Both the position numbers and the translations under genes were made by a program. Shown here in pieces: positions 11,704 through 26,000 of a stretch of DNA of 64,000 bases. The stretch is from Camelus ferus (taxonomy: Eukaryota): positions 13,456,001-13,520,000 of the forward strand of contig NC_045697.1 in the NCBI RefSeq assembly GCF_009834535.1, written 5' to 3'. Below the pieces are notes generated by a model. The model ran no database searches and had not been told where the DNA came from. It saw nothing but the letters and a program-made list of their open reading frames with translations. Positions within the stretch are counted from its first letter, which is position 1. Each line of letters starts with the position of its first letter.

Positions 11704-11704
<1 letters not shown>

Positions 11705-11734
<30 letters not shown>
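11705..11734. repeat. (TG)15 microsatellite
   Basis: Direct reading of the sequence. Confidence 0.95.
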
Positions 11735-11737
<3 letters not shown>

Positions 11738-12707
11738 ATGTGCAATCAAAGAAACCACTAATTGGAATAATTTCAGAAAAACATCCTGAAATAATTAATA
11801 CTAAAATATTCAGCAAAAAAAAGGTTAACCACCAAAATACGTCTAAATTGATCCAACATCACAGTCTCAGTCTAAGAATGACTACGGGTTTGGAGTCCGG
11901 GAATTTGTGTTTCTGTCTTGTTTACTATTTCAAGTTGAATCGCCTGAACTCCCTGGAGTCTCAGTTTTGCTCCATCTCGCTGATTTGTGAAAAATAGATT
12001 AAATGTGTGGTACACTGAAAATGTTTATCATATGCTCACTGTTGGTACAATAAGGTGCCGGTATCACCTGATGAGTTAACCTAACACCTTATCCATCCTC
12101 TGAATGGCGAGAATGGAAGGATCTCATCAACTGCTTCCATGAAGTGGGTCGAGTGGTGTCCAGAGGAAGGACCATCTTATTTCTTCTCCATACTCTGTAC
12201 AATCACTTACCACACTCCTCCCCTGTGTGACTTCTTTGGTAGGAGTGGAACATCACTAATCTGATACACACACACACAATCCTGCGGGAATTTTTTCTTT
12301 TTTAAGTTTATAGCCATCGCCGTTCCAACATCACTTCTGCAATATCATTGTTGCCTACAAAACTGTGACTTTCTGCTTATTTTCAGCCCCTCAATATCTG
12401 TGGAACAGAGTGTCTTATTCACAGTTACTCCTAGAGCTGATGCATCCAGCTCAAGGGGAAGCCTAGTATCTCCTTGGTGTGCTGGGATGTGAGGGTGGAG
12501 GGCACTTTTAAAGGTGTTTAAAAAAGCACTCTAGCATGACCTCCTTTGTTGGGGTGAACACAGGTATTCCCTTCATCAGCCTCCATGGAGGCTCATGGAA
12601 CTCCTCAGCAAGACCTTCCAGCTTTGGGACTCAGGCCAGTTAGTGTATTTCCCTGAGCACAGTGTCCTCTTTGGTAGTGAAATCCTCTGACTTCATTCTC
12701 CCCTTTC

Positions 12708-12822
12708 AATATTCTGTTGCCAGTTCGGGTTTTTTGCTTTTCCATATAAACTTCAGAATCAGTTTGTCAATGTCTACAAAATAACTTGGTGGGATTATGA
12801 TTGGGATTGCATTGAATCTATG
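12708..12822 (-). mobile_element. Short L1 ORF2 fragment
   Basis: TTCCATATAAACTTCAGAATCAGTTTGTCAATGTCTAC...TGATTGGGATTGCATTGAATCTAT is antisense L1 ORF2 (the YRFNAIPI region). Confidence 0.8.
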
Positions 12823-15229
12823 GTCTATCACCTGTAATCAAGTTTATCTTTTCACTGCTTGGACCCAACACAGTACTTGGCACACTTTAGGGGCCTCATT
12901 AATTTTTATTGATGCCAAACATCCAGTGAGACAAATTGAAGGTGGATAATTTTCTACCACTCCAAAACCTTAAGACGATGGGTTTGTAGTGGTTTCATGT
13001 CACAGCACACTCACCCCCTCTTCCCTGTATGGTAAGAATATGGGAGGAGGGAAGACGCGACCACGGCTATGAACTGTGTGATATACTCCACAAGGACAGG
13101 AAGTTCTCTCTCTCTGCTCTGCGGATGGTCGTACCCAAACACCTGGAGCACTTCCTGCTGCATCATAGGAACAAAAATAGATATTTTCTGAGTGTTGAAT
13201 GAATATGTTTTCTGGCCAGAGATCAACATGCTGAAACAATTTCAGTTCCCAAAAACACCGTGATTTCTCTGCATCTAAGTCCCTGCCTGAGCTGCTTCCT
13301 CTGCCTGGGACTCTCTCCTTACACTCCCCACTTTCCACCTAACTAACTCTAGTCAACCTCCAGGTACCTGCTTATGCATTAGTTCTCTCTTACCTGTATC
13401 TCCTATGTGCTTTGTTCCCTATTTTTCTTCCTAGGATCAGAACACTTGGTCATACATTAGGAGCTCAACACATAATTCATGTTTAAAATAATATATTTCA
13501 TCCTGTTCAAAAACCTGCTTAATGTCATAAAAACACACATTTGTTAATAATTCCTGAGTAAGTTATTAACTCATAGAGTTAACCTTAGATTAGAGTCTCT
13601 AATGCATCTTTGGATGTAGCATTGTATTCACAAAAGCCTTTGCATTTTCACCTCCTGGATCTATAGTGTAAACAAAACGAACACTCCAGATTCAAGTTCT
13701 CTCTCTTGCTGGAAAAACTGCCTCCAATATAGGAAGGCATCTTGCATCTCATCACCTTAAAGGCAGCTGTTATCCATTTCCTGAGTGTTCCAGTTGCAGC
13801 TTCTGGTCTTCTGCTGAAAGATTTCATTCCATTATTTATGACTCGACCTATCAAATGTCAATGGGAAGATTCCCTGGAAAGGTGTGTGTTGCTGTGGTTA
13901 CCAAGAGCTTCTCTCATCCCAGGAAGAGTCTGCTTTCTGGTGTGCAGAACAGGCTTTAAAATCAGCAGGAACCACACGTGTTGAAGCAGAGATGTGTGAA
14001 GGGCACAAAGAACTTGCTATTATTTTCAAAGCATCCTGGGAAATGCCAGGAAGAATTCTGGGGTTTTCTTTCAAAATGATAACTTATGGATGGTTTGAGG
14101 CAAAGCCATGGAAATTAAAAGACTTGATTCTCCTGCCTTCGATAGAACAGTGACTTTTTATTCTACTGCTATCTTCCCCCACCTCAAAAACATGCATTTT
14201 TTATGAGAAAGTCAAATTGGCCTTGTCTTGCAGGCAAACACTTCTCGCAGAACAAATGAGCCCTTTTTTTTGGTTAAATTACAGAACCAGTGAAAGATTT
14301 ATGATTCTGCTGGACAAAATCCTTTTGTTTTAAATAGTTGCCATTTTTCCATGAAGAAATCAGACACCTTGTTGGTGTTTTCTTATAGTAAACATAAGGT
14401 CACTGAAAGGAAACAGGCTAGATGAGAGATCACCACAGTATTAAATTACTTCCATCTGCAAACACTGTAAATCCCTGCAGACATAAAAAGAGAAGTTATG
14501 GGTAGAGCTCTGAAGTGTCATGTTTTGGACTTGAAAAAAGTCCTTCTGCTGAGGACTTTATTCTATTGCCAAGATTAAGAAACATGAAGTCGTGACGCAG
14601 TAACTGGAGCATGTCAAAAGCATTCTACAGTAGAAATCTCGTTCACTCGCTGTTTTTCTCTGTCCTTTTCCACCATTCACTTCTTGCTTTATCTAACTTT
14701 CAAGTTTATATTGGAAGAAATTGCGAAGGATTAGAGTCAATGTCCCATAGTATTAGTTCTCAACAGATTTTAAGGAACTTACTCAAAGCATACAATTATT
14801 CTCTTTAGTTTTTCATTTCACTGATTATAAAGTGTTTATGTTTGGGATGGAATTCCAAATGGTATCTTTGAGAAACAAGGTCATTTACATTTGTAATCAA
14901 TTAACGTTATCCACAGTTGCAATTTTGCTAAATTGCATGGTAGTCTTTGGGCAGGATTTAAATTTTTCATCCAAGGTTATTAGTAGTTACTATCAGAGAG
15001 AGCAGTGATTGTTGTGTTCTTTTGACTGCTAAGCATGTGAACTTGATTTCTAGTTTTGAGAAATCTATTACTGAATAAGGCCAAACATTAAAAGTGGAAT
15101 CCTTGCTTCTTAGTCTCCTAGAAGACAAGACATGGATGTGAGATATCCACACCCAAGTTCGGAATCTGGAACAAGTGTTGCAGAGCACTACCAGCGCCCG
15201 GTGGCAGTAAAGATGGTGGTGAGAGAAGC

Positions 15230-15470
15230 ACTGCACGGTGAGCAGTGAAGGGACTGGCGTCCTGAGAAGGATATTCCTACAGCACGGCCTTGACTCCTGG
15301 TCCAGTTCGACCATTTAATGGTTCAATGTTCTTGGACCAAAGCTTTAATGACTGCCTCAATTTCTTCATCTATAAAATAGGGTGATAATAGTCATGGTCC
15401 CATAATACTGCTTCAAAGTTGGAAAGAGTTAATTCTCATAGAACAGTATCTGGTGCACAGGAAGGTCTTC
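15230..15470 (+). mobile_element. MIR SINE
   Basis: Core GCCTCAATTTCTTCATCTATAAAATAGGGTGATAATAGT and a 3' part AGAACAGTATCTGGTGCACAG. Confidence 0.7.
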
Positions 15471-17219
15471 ACTGGCATTACCTTCTGAAGCCACCATTAC
15501 CTTCCTGTGGGTGTGCATGTAGATTGAACCACATTCCTCAGTTTGTTTGTTTGCTTGTTTGTTTTATTGTTTCCAATATCTTTTGTTTATGATTTCCAAC
15601 CTTTTTCTCTTAAATTAACCAGATTGGTTTTCTGTTGACTACAACCAAGTGTCCTGACTGTAGTCCATCTATAAGCTGATTTGCATTTTCAGCAACAAAA
15701 CACCCTCATGCTAGAGACTCATTTTAAGTTCAGAAGTGGGATATTTGGGAGAAAACTATTTTTCTTGATAGGACTCTATTCATATAATGCTGTCACATAA
15801 AAATTCATTATTTAGCTTTGACAATAACCATTTCTGTAATCGTGCCTTATTTATTTCTTCATATGATATAACTAAGGGGTGATCCAGGCTCTTGAAGTAA
15901 CTTCAAGAACTTCTGAAGTTATGATGTTAAAAGAGGATGACTTTTAGAGTTCTGCTGAAAAGAGAGAGAGGTAGTTTGTCTATGTGTGTTTGCCTAGGAG
16001 GCCTCATATAGGCAAGAACAAGCAATATTTATACGTTGATAAGCATGACATGGATCTCCAACTCCTGAAAACATAGGGCAAAATGCGAAAGCCCCAGCTG
16101 GCTTGTGTCCACACAGCCTGAAGCTGTTATGGAGCGAGGACTGGGGAAAACACTTTCAGAAACCACATCATGACTGTCAGGAATCTGGCTCCATGTTTAA
16201 GAATTCCAGAAAGTTGTCTGGGAAATAGTAACACCAGAAGCTTCCTTTGATTCTCTCTTTGATAAGATCTCTTCTCAGAGGGTCTGAAGGGGAAGAGAGA
16301 GATAAAAGATGATATTGACAAAAGTTCTAGCTGCTTCAAAGGAAATCCATGTGGTTTGCATGCCTTATATAGCGCTTCCTAAAAAAGGAAGACAGCTGTT
16401 TGCTGTAGGAAGGCCCAGACTGCTGTGGCCAGTAGCTTCAAGCCACTAATTACAGTTTTGTAGGCATCAGAGAAGGCACACTCTTTAAAACCTATCTCAT
16501 GTCCTTATTTTTTTCTAAGTATTGCCTGCTTCTCATGACCTGAGAATAACCTAGAAGAATCAGGTATTTCCCTACCTTGTTAGAAAATCATTATTGTCAT
16601 TTTTACTAATGGAGAATAGAATGTAGGGCCCTTGATGAGCACTTGTTGAGTTCCCACCCCACAGAGAGTGCTAAGCAGATGTTGTGCACATTCCGAGAAC
16701 TCATGAACTGAAATAAACATTTCTCCACCAACAATGGCATGTTGGCACTGCAGTGGCAGGACGAGGCTGGAAAGCTCTAGAACAGCACACAGGCCACCTT
16801 GGCCTCTGTGCTGGCTCAGGTATTAATTGCCTGAGTGACTTTAAGTGGGACCTCACACCTTTGCTGTCGTCAGTGTCCTGACTTAAAAACTGAGACAGTC
16901 AACTGCGATCATCTCCTAGGCAGTCTCCAGATCTAAATTATATGGCTTTTAATTTCAGAGAAAACTTTTTCTTCATTAAAAACCACCATAACAACAAACA
17001 TTCACAGCACTCACATAGACCGCATGTTTCAGAAAATAGAATTCTTCCACTCATATTTACAATTATTTGCTTTATAACATGGATAACTGTTGACCTATAT
17101 TATGAAAAATATTTTACATATCAAATGTTGGCAAACAGTTTATTAATCATATCTGGTTATTAGAGAGATACTGAAACTTCTATAAATATCATACAATATA
17201 TTGATAACAATAATGAAGA

Positions 17220-17450
17220 TAATAATCAATAGATAGTATTCACAGACCACGTTTCACGTGTCAAGCCCTGGTATAAATGCTTTAGATATAGTCACTTATT
17301 CAATCTTCCAAACTCCCTAGGTATTAGCATTATAATTCTTACTTTAGGAATTAAGAAAATTGAGGCAGTGTTGCACAATTAAAATGTAGAGGAGCATGGA
17401 TACGAACCAAGGCAGTCTAGCTCCAAATTCTGTGCTCTTAAGCACTTTCC
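17220..17450 (-). mobile_element. MIR SINE
   Basis: AAGAAAATTGAGGCAG, GGATACGAACCAAGGCAGTCTAGCTCCAAA and TGTGCTCTTAAGCACT. Confidence 0.7.
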
Positions 17451-17714
17451 AATAACCTTTTAAAGTTGAAGGTATACTTGGAGAGCAAGTTAACCCAAGA
17501 ATTTATTTTGTAAGACTATGATGAAAAAGTTCAAACTACAATTAGTTCACATTATAACTGTGTGATTTATTACCTCTGCAACCTGGGAAATCTATTCAGT
17601 CCTTCTAATATTCAGATCCTTCATCTGTAAAATTGGGACACTACTATACAGAATCATCAAGTGGATCTGATGAGATTAAAAATGTAAAATTCTCTACCTC
17701 AGTTAACAAAGTAG

Positions 17715-18480
17715 TTAATTTGTTTATTTAGCAAATGCTGTGGGACACCTACTATGTGCCACCCAGTGGTGTGGAGGACCCAGCATTAAGCAAAACAATG
17801 TTCACACATCATGGAACTGATATCTTTGAAGGAGGATAAAGATTTTTAAAAGCATACCAGTAACAAGGTAACTGCAGATTGTGATCAGTGAGTGTTTGCT
17901 CCATCTATTGCTTTGTGTAATGAGTACAGGGATCCTATAAGATGAGAATTCTAAAAAGGCATAGTGGAGATGGCTGTTCGCTCCATGGGATGATGTGAAT
18001 GCCTGAGAGACAGAACCACTGAGGCTGGAGGATGCACGTCCAAAATAGCTTCCTTACCTATATGCCTCCTGTCAGGACTGAGATGGCTAAAACTCAGGTA
18101 GGCTCAGCTGGGACATGAACGTGTGGCATTTCCAACATACAAGCAGAGAATTAAGATAAGATGTTATGATACTGAGTGACTGGGGGATTCGTCTGGGAAG
18201 TGTTCAGGGAAAGTCTCTCAGAGGAATCAATGAAATTGAGAAACTAAAGATGGATAAGGATCCAGCCAAGTGAAGATGAAGGGGTAGAATTCCAGTCAGA
18301 GCTAGTGCAAAGGCCCTGAGGAGAGATGAGAAACCACAGTCGGATATAGAATAAGATATGGCCATTGATGTGGACAGGGATGGGGTTAAGTGTGGTTTTC
18401 TAAGCCAGGTTAAAGAGCTGGGATATTATTATAGATCCATGGGAAGCCATTGGAAAGTTTTGAGTTGGAAAGTGATGGAG
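17715..18480 (-). mobile_element. L2 3' region, interrupted by an MLT-like LTR fragment (about 17895-18135)
   Basis: CACCTACTATGTGCCA (L2 tail), GCTAGTGCAAAGGCCCTGAGG and GGGAAGCCATTGGAAAGTTTTGAG. The internal GAGGCTGGAGGATGCACGTCCAAAATAGCTTC...CTCAGCTGGGAC resembles a MaLR/ERVL LTR. Confidence 0.65.
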
Positions 18481-19345
18481 TATTAAAATAAAAGAAACAA
18501 AATAGAAGGATAAAAAAAGAAGCACAATAAAAGAAACAACAACAAAATAGAATCCTACTTCAGTTTCCTCTGACTACGTCCACGACATTCCACCTCTAGT
18601 ATCTTCACAGTGGCTCCAAATTACTGACTTTTTGTCACCTATTTTGATCATTTATGAAATAGGACATTTAAATGTATTTTCTTCTCTAACAATATGTATA
18701 AACTATGTTTATAAAATTAATATTCATCTAAATTGGGGACAAAAAAATTGGGAGGGGGTCTGCTGATTCTCCTAAAAAGATACTGATTTAACTCTAAATA
18801 TTGACAAAAGCATTTTATTCATGTATCATTCATTTGGGCATCTATTTTCTCAACCACCTTTCCACTGATGACCAGGTATCAATATCTGCCAATAGGAAAA
18901 ATAGCTGTAACACAGTTTCTGTCTTCATGGTATCCTTATGATACATAGTAATTTTTTTTCTTGTTAAAAGTGCTGTTGGAGCACAAAGGAAGGAAAACAG
19001 TACCCAACACCCCAAGGCAGAAAACACTGAAGACTGTGTGCCCTGGGAAAAGGCACTTAAACTAATTAAAGTGGAATTTATGTCAATTATTTATGTCTTG
19101 ACCTAAGAAGCTCTTGTCATACTCATAGAAAACATTGCATCTGGGTGCTTCTATCCAGAGTTACTTAAACAAACTGGAAATGGAAGTCCTCCTTCTGTTC
19201 TTTCTGTGCAGAATGTTTGTCCATCGTCAACAGTCCTCAGGAGCTGGATTCCTTCCACATGAAAGGAATTCCAAAACTCAACACATTCCTTAGCTTCCAA
19301 AGTGGAACCAAAACTTAGACAATTGTTCCAAATGAATGGCGCATA

Positions 19346-19346
<1 letters not shown>

Positions 19347-19380
<34 letters not shown>
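19347..19380. repeat. (AC)17 microsatellite
   Basis: Direct reading of the sequence. Confidence 0.95.
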
Positions 19381-19383
<3 letters not shown>

Positions 19384-19650
19384 TTGCCGAGAGAACTAGT
19401 GAGAAATGCCTTAGTAATTACTTCTTTCAGTTTGTTGTTATCTCATCTTGCATCTCACTTGAAAACATCTACAATTTTTTCTAGGTAAATATATTTGTTC
19501 AGACTTAACAGACAATTTTAAAGCTGGCATTGAACAAAACAAATATTTCAAACTTGCAATTCTAAGTGATGAATCAGTTCTCATAATCCAATGCCAGCTT
19601 CTCAAATGGGATGGATCATTTCATTATCACGTCCACCCCCAAATCAGGCA

Positions 19651-19658
19651 TGACGTCA
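19651..19658. promoter_or_regulatory. Full palindromic CRE (TGACGTCA), motif match only
   Basis: GCATGACGTCAGA with the CpG retained, in non-repetitive sequence. There is no functional evidence. Confidence 0.3.
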
Positions 19659-22597
19659 GAGTTTCAAAATCAAGATCACTGGAAGTCAATCATTCATTTT
19701 GGATTTTCTGGATTAGATATTTAAATATTTGGAATTCATTTTTTTCTAGACTAACTTTATCAGAAACATAGCAGCAGAACTTATGCTAGTACCCCTTCCT
19801 CTATAACTTACCTTCATAACCCATAACCCACACAGACACCCTTTCTAACATTAAATGTTTCTATGAACAGTTACAATAGTCTTAATAATATGTTATCCCA
19901 CTTTCTCTCTCAATGGCCATATTACCCAATAGTTTAAAACATGGTGTTTAGAGTCAAATACCTGGGGTCCTACTCTTGTCTCCACACTTGCCATGTGACC
20001 TGCCATGAGCCAGGTGAAGAGTCGCTTGTGTCTCTCAGTGTTAGAATGGGCATAGTATATCTAACATTATAACATTATTAAGAGAATGAATTTTGTTAGT
20101 ATATTTGAAGTATTTAGAAGTGCCCCAGACACGATTTATTTTTGATCAATACAATATTCCTTGGAACTCAGTTTTTGCTTCTTTTGTTTTTGTTTTGCTT
20201 GAGGTACTTATTTCCCTTCCTAGTGTTCCTGTCTACTCTCTTATTCCCAAAACTAGAATTGCAGCTTCTCATACTCAAGAACATACCTTTATCATATCTG
20301 ATTGGTAAAAGCCACTGATAGCTTCACCCAGAAGTTCAAGTGTCTCCTGAAAATGAGAAGAACTGAGGAGGAAAGCGAGTGGGGAAGGGCACTCAGCATT
20401 AGATGTGCAGGAGTCCCCAGAAGACTAGGAACACTGTAATGTAATCAATGGTCCATTGTCCTGGAGATATTTGACCAGACGTCATAAAGCCTTTCAGTCT
20501 GTCCATAGAGTCATCAATTCAACATTAAGACCAGAGGAATGGGAGAGATAAAAACAGAAAAATACTTCTCTTGACTCTAACTTTTAGGTGACTATATGTA
20601 GGTGAAGGACAGTAAAGAGAATGATAAATCAAATATTTAAAAAATACGTTATCAATTATCCTCTCATCAGGGAATACTGGAAGTATGGGAGGCAAGAAAA
20701 AAATTGGTTTGTGGAGACATTACAGTGTAAGGAAAATTAAATGATAGAGGAATAAAGAGATTTCATGAGCCAGTCTGTGGATTGAGGAACAGCAGAAGGA
20801 CCCTTGACAGAGAGGTAAGGAGGCTGGGATGGGAGTAAGTCAGGTCTCAGAAATACAAATGGTGGCCCCATGAGGAGCGTCAACACTACAAAGACCAGGC
20901 TCTCTTAGCTACATCATCGTGGTAGAGACTAACTTAGAACAGAAAGCCAGAGTCTGTTATCTTAGCGGCAGTTACCCTGACCTTGTTTAGGATCCCAGAG
21001 AAGTTCAGCCACTCCTATTTTTCAAACCAGATTTCAGGGTCAGTCTTTGGTGGCAGCCTGTGAAGAATGAGGCAGTACCATACAAATTCTTCCACAGTGA
21101 TGTTGACCAGGATAAAAACAGGTTGGCTGGGAAGCCAATGTTTTCCTGGGTCTAGTACATAATTAGTCATTAATTGCAGGTTAATACATATGGAACAGAT
21201 TTTGAGCACAAACTCTCCACCAAGGCTTGAATTGATCAACAAAGATGTAGTAACTGAGGCTGAAACTCCCTACATGTGTATGGTCCACAGTCAGACTCCC
21301 AGGAATGAAACTGGTCTGTTATCACAATTTACCTGCCTAAATTTGAGATCACCAGTGGATCATCAACCAAAACATACTACTTCCACTTCTGTGTCCTCTT
21401 CTCAGAGTCTTTCAACTGAAGAATGGGCTGAGAAGTGGGTTGCTAGGACCTGTGTGTATTTGATTTATCTGTACATTTCGGGTCCCCAACACAATGTGAG
21501 CAGAGATAAGGTACCCAGTGCAGCTTTGTTAAGTGAGTAAATACATGAACATACAAACTGAACCTTGAGAAGAAGGAGGAACAAATGATTGAATGAAGGA
21601 GTGAATGAAACAATGGTAGGTTTGTCAAAGATCTTTGATGAAATAATAAAGTGAATAAATCGAACATTACTGTTCCTGGTAGCAATTGTGCTATGGAGAA
21701 AAAACTCAATATTTTGTATCTCTAAATCAGGTTCAGTCAGCTGACTACTTTTGCTAAATATGTGTTGGGTTCTGCATATTTTTCTGCCTCATTGAATAAA
21801 GCTTTGTTGTAAAAGTTAGCTTTAAATTGATCCCTGAAGAAGACTATCCAAAAATAGCCCAGCATGAGAAGTCCAGCATGTTGTTTCTTTCACTTCCCTC
21901 GGCTACTCCCCTATGAAAAATATTTTGATTTAGTTGGTTCATTTCACGTGATGGCAGTATGAATGATCACTTTATAGCGGACATCAGCAAAAGGATAGGA
22001 ATTTACCATTAACACAGAGTGAAACTGAAACTATTTTAGCCTCCCTCTGCTTTTGTTGAAGATAAATGATTATGATGTCAGTACAATTTGAAAGAATATT
22101 CAATTAGAAGCTGAAAAATACCTAGAAGTTTCAATTCCCTCATATCACAAGGCCTGGATTCTCATGGACTCTAAAAAGTAAGATGATTCTCTCATTCTTA
22201 TAATACAAATGGCTTTTTGGTAACTAGTTTCAGAACCCACTGAGTGAAAAAAATTCCTCTTCATTTATGATGGTTTTACACTTACAGCTGACTACATAAT
22301 TTGGCTTTCTTCTGGATGCTTTCCTAACATAGCTCAGATTAACGGAACACACTACACCATAGACACTCACCAAAGGAAACAAAGACACAACATAAATATA
22401 TGACTTCTGCCCGCATGTGGATTTTAAGACTTTACCATTACACTCTTAGAGGATGCCTGCAGCGTTTCTTTTTGGAACTCTGAGAGGCGTGTTCAAGGCG
22501 ATAATTGGGAAAAAGAGCAATCAGGTCAACCTTCCCTGGGAGAGGATACTGGAGCTGAAATTTGTTGCATGTTTATTTGTGTCAACCCTGAGCTAAG

Positions 22598-23052
22598 TGT
22601 GATGGGCTAAATAATGATCCCTGCCAAAGATGTGCAGGTCCTTAGTTCCAGGACCTGTGAATATGTTGCTTATCTGGCAAAATGCCCTCTGTGCATGTGG
22701 TTAAGTTAACAACCTTGAGGTGGCTAGATTATCATGGTGGGTAACTGACAGCGTTTCTTATAAGCAGAAGGTCAGAGACTAGTGAAGGGAGCAGGCAATG
22801 TGATAAGGGAAGAAAAGATTGGCGCGAGTCACAAGCAAAACAATGACAGGCGACAACCCATAAAAGCTAGAAGAGGAAAGAAATGTGTTCTGAAGGCTCT
22901 GGATGGAATATTTCTGTTGACCCCTTGATTTCAGCCCTGTAAGGCTTATTTTTGGCCTTCTGATCTCTGGAACAGAAAGAGAATAAATAGGTGCTGTTTT
23001 AAACCACTAAGTCTGTGATCATTTGTTACAGAAGTAATAGGAAGCTCATTGA
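22598..23052 (+). mobile_element. MLT1D-like LTR
   Basis: TGTGATGGGCTAAATAATGATCCC, GGACCTGTGAATATGTT and TTTAAACCACTAAGTCTGTGATCATTTGTTACAG. Confidence 0.85.
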
Positions 23053-26000
23053 ATATTTTTGCATTATCTTATGAAGGATTCCTGACACTACAAAGGAAGA
23101 GCACAATCTCCATCTTATAGGGACACCCAAGGCTGGGAGAGGCTCACTCACATTCTCACCGCTGATCAGTAATGGGGTTAAGACTCGAATCCAGACTTCC
23201 CAGCCAATAAACCCCGTAATTTTACCACAGACTATTGTAACCAATAATTTGGTCCAGACTTTCCCTGTTAACAAACCAATGTCAACCAGATAGACTGTTC
23301 ACACGTATGAGTCCACTCTGTCCTGTAAACCATTGTTGCTACTGGATGAATGTCATACTGTGTGGATTATCCTGAAATTTTGCTTTCATTTAAAATGCCT
23401 GCTTTCACCCAACTACAGATCTGGGGGTTATTTGCCATGCACGCAGAGGCCGGGGAAAAAAAAAAAAGAGAAGAAAGTGAAAGCCAGGGCAAACCTCACT
23501 TTGTGAATTACGGCCCAGGATCAGTTTTCCGGCAGCATCCGAGTCTGGAGGAATGAGTGCAGGGCTTTTATTTTTCCCTTTACAACTTCAGCAGGATGCT
23601 CCTCCAACAACCAGCCCCTCCTGCCGAAACAATGGGCTTTGAGGGGTTCATAGAAATGATTGAAACGGGTCCCTGCTCCCTGAGCTACCGGGGAGCTGTC
23701 GCTGATATTCCCAAGGGCAGTTTGGCCTTCCTCCAGGAGAGACGATGTCTGATTTACTGCCCACTGTGATGCCTGCGTCGCTTGACTTCCCGCCTGGCCA
23801 GTGGGAAACACCTGCAGAAGAGGGCCTCCCTTGGCGGCTGCTTTCAGTGGGAGAGAGGAGGCCAGCCCAATGTCTGTCTTTCTTAACCACTGCTGATGTG
23901 CACAAGAGTGCATGTTTCTTGGTGGTTGTTTGTCAGTGAGGCTTTCAAGCATGGAAGTTGTTCCTGTTCTGCTTCTTTGTTTAGATCCTTCTGCAGCTCA
24001 TTTGGGATCCTCAGGTAATAAAAATCATCCCTCCCTCCTGATGTTCCAGCAGAGGACGTCAAAGCAGATCCACATTTTATAGACTAGTTTCTCCTAAAAT
24101 GTTTCCACTGTTTTCATTATAAAGATGACGTCGCAGGGAGCAGGACTGAGACACGTGGATGTGTGGCATTTCGTCCACCATCACGCTGGTGATGAGGTCT
24201 TGGCAAGCATCAGATCAGGGTGCTCAGAAGTGCAACAGTAACCAGTATTTCCTTTATATTTTTCTTCCATCAGTTTCCCTACTTCTCCCCTTGTCATCAA
24301 ATGTTTTCATTGGGAGTGAATAAAGCAGTCTTCAGCAACTTTTGTGACTTATACCTCATCTGTTTAATCAGTTCCAAACTTGGCTTATGAGGAATTTGGG
24401 GGGAAAAAAGTAAAACGAACTTCTAGAATAACGATCTCTAGCCTATTGTTCTTTCCTCAGTTGTAAAATTCTGGTTTGCTACTATACAGAGGAGAAGTAA
24501 AAAGAAGAATCCGTAATGAGTTTTAAGAAAAGCTGCAGGAAGACTTTAAAAAGATAATATGAATTTGGGGAGAAAAATGCTGGTAAGAAATAGAGGGTAA
24601 ATAGTATAAATTAAAAAAAAAAATCAGCCATTGGGAAAATACCAGAAGGTAACATTAGTTGTTTTGATTCCTAACATTTAAAATATGCAGAGGAAAAATT
24701 TGGGAAGAGAGTAAAGATGATCAAAATATACATGCTTACGTGCATTGTAGTTCAAGTGTTTCTATAATCACTGAAAAGAAATACAAATTGAAAATCAATA
24801 CTAATTTCCCAGAGAAGAGAAATCCAGTCAGGTGGAGTTTGTTAGAAGATGATTCTGGAACATCTAATGACGAACCTGTGCCCATTTTTAATCAGAATTG
24901 AAGAAGATGATAACGCATACCTTTGAGTAAGATTTGGAGAGCTTGCTGTGAATCCGCTTTGTATTTTGAAGCTGGGACATTTTCAGATTCTTCCACTGGT
25001 TTCTTAATAGAACAACACAAAAATCAGTTGTATCTACCTTGCCATCTCATGGATGACTCCATGTGCTATTGGGCTATATTCAGTTGCCTAGCCTGAGTCC
25101 ACAGCCTCCTGTGGACCCCCACTGCAGTCTTATCGACAATAATGAATCCTGATTCATTTTCTCAGTCTCCATTTCAAACACGTCTTTTTTCCATAGAGAG
25201 ATCTCTCCTTCCTTAGAGACCCACTGATGCTGCAACAATGTATTTCAAGGATAGAATTTAAAGAAATCTAGCTTGAATTCTATTTATCTACATATGTATA
25301 CTTTCTACTGGTCGGCAAACTCTTCCAGAAGATGAATTGTGCCATGTTTTCTCTTCTGTCTTCTCAAGTAAATCCTACAATGCCTAGAACAGAGATGACA
25401 AAAAATATGTATTGCAAAATGGCAAATCCTTAGATTTTGTTTTTGACTTTTTATTACCTAATTGCATCTAAATTGTTGAGTATGAGACAAGTGATGGAAA
25501 GGAGCAGCAATAGATCATAATAGACATTTTTTTCTGAACCTACCATGCTCAAGGCTCTACGGTAATCTCTTTATTTATGTTACCACATCTAATTCTTATA
25601 ACAATTATTCTTTCAAGAATAACTTGAGTACCTACTATGTGCAAATCCAAATACACATCACCTTCTATTTTTGCATATGAGCAAAATGAGACCTAGAAAA
25701 GTTAAGATCACAGAGCTAGTAAATAGGCTAGGATTCAGACTTGGATATGTCTTAATCCCAATGTTTTTATTAAAGGATCTAATTAGAAATAAACTATTCT
25801 TAACTAAACAAAGCAAAGAGAAGATAACATGAAAATGTATTCCTAGTCCTTCACAGGCAAATTGATTTATATTTCTTTTCTAAAGGTAAAAAAAGGAAAA
25901 AATATTCCAAAACATCCTTTAAAAATACCTATGGCTTATAACTTCTGTCCAATTGTTAGAACATATTTTATATACAAATAATTTTAAACTTTTAATAAAC

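Noticed and set aside
23521..23952. 143-aa minus-strand ORF and overlapping ORFs
   Set aside because: No recognisable homology or exon structure; the length is explained by locally higher GC.
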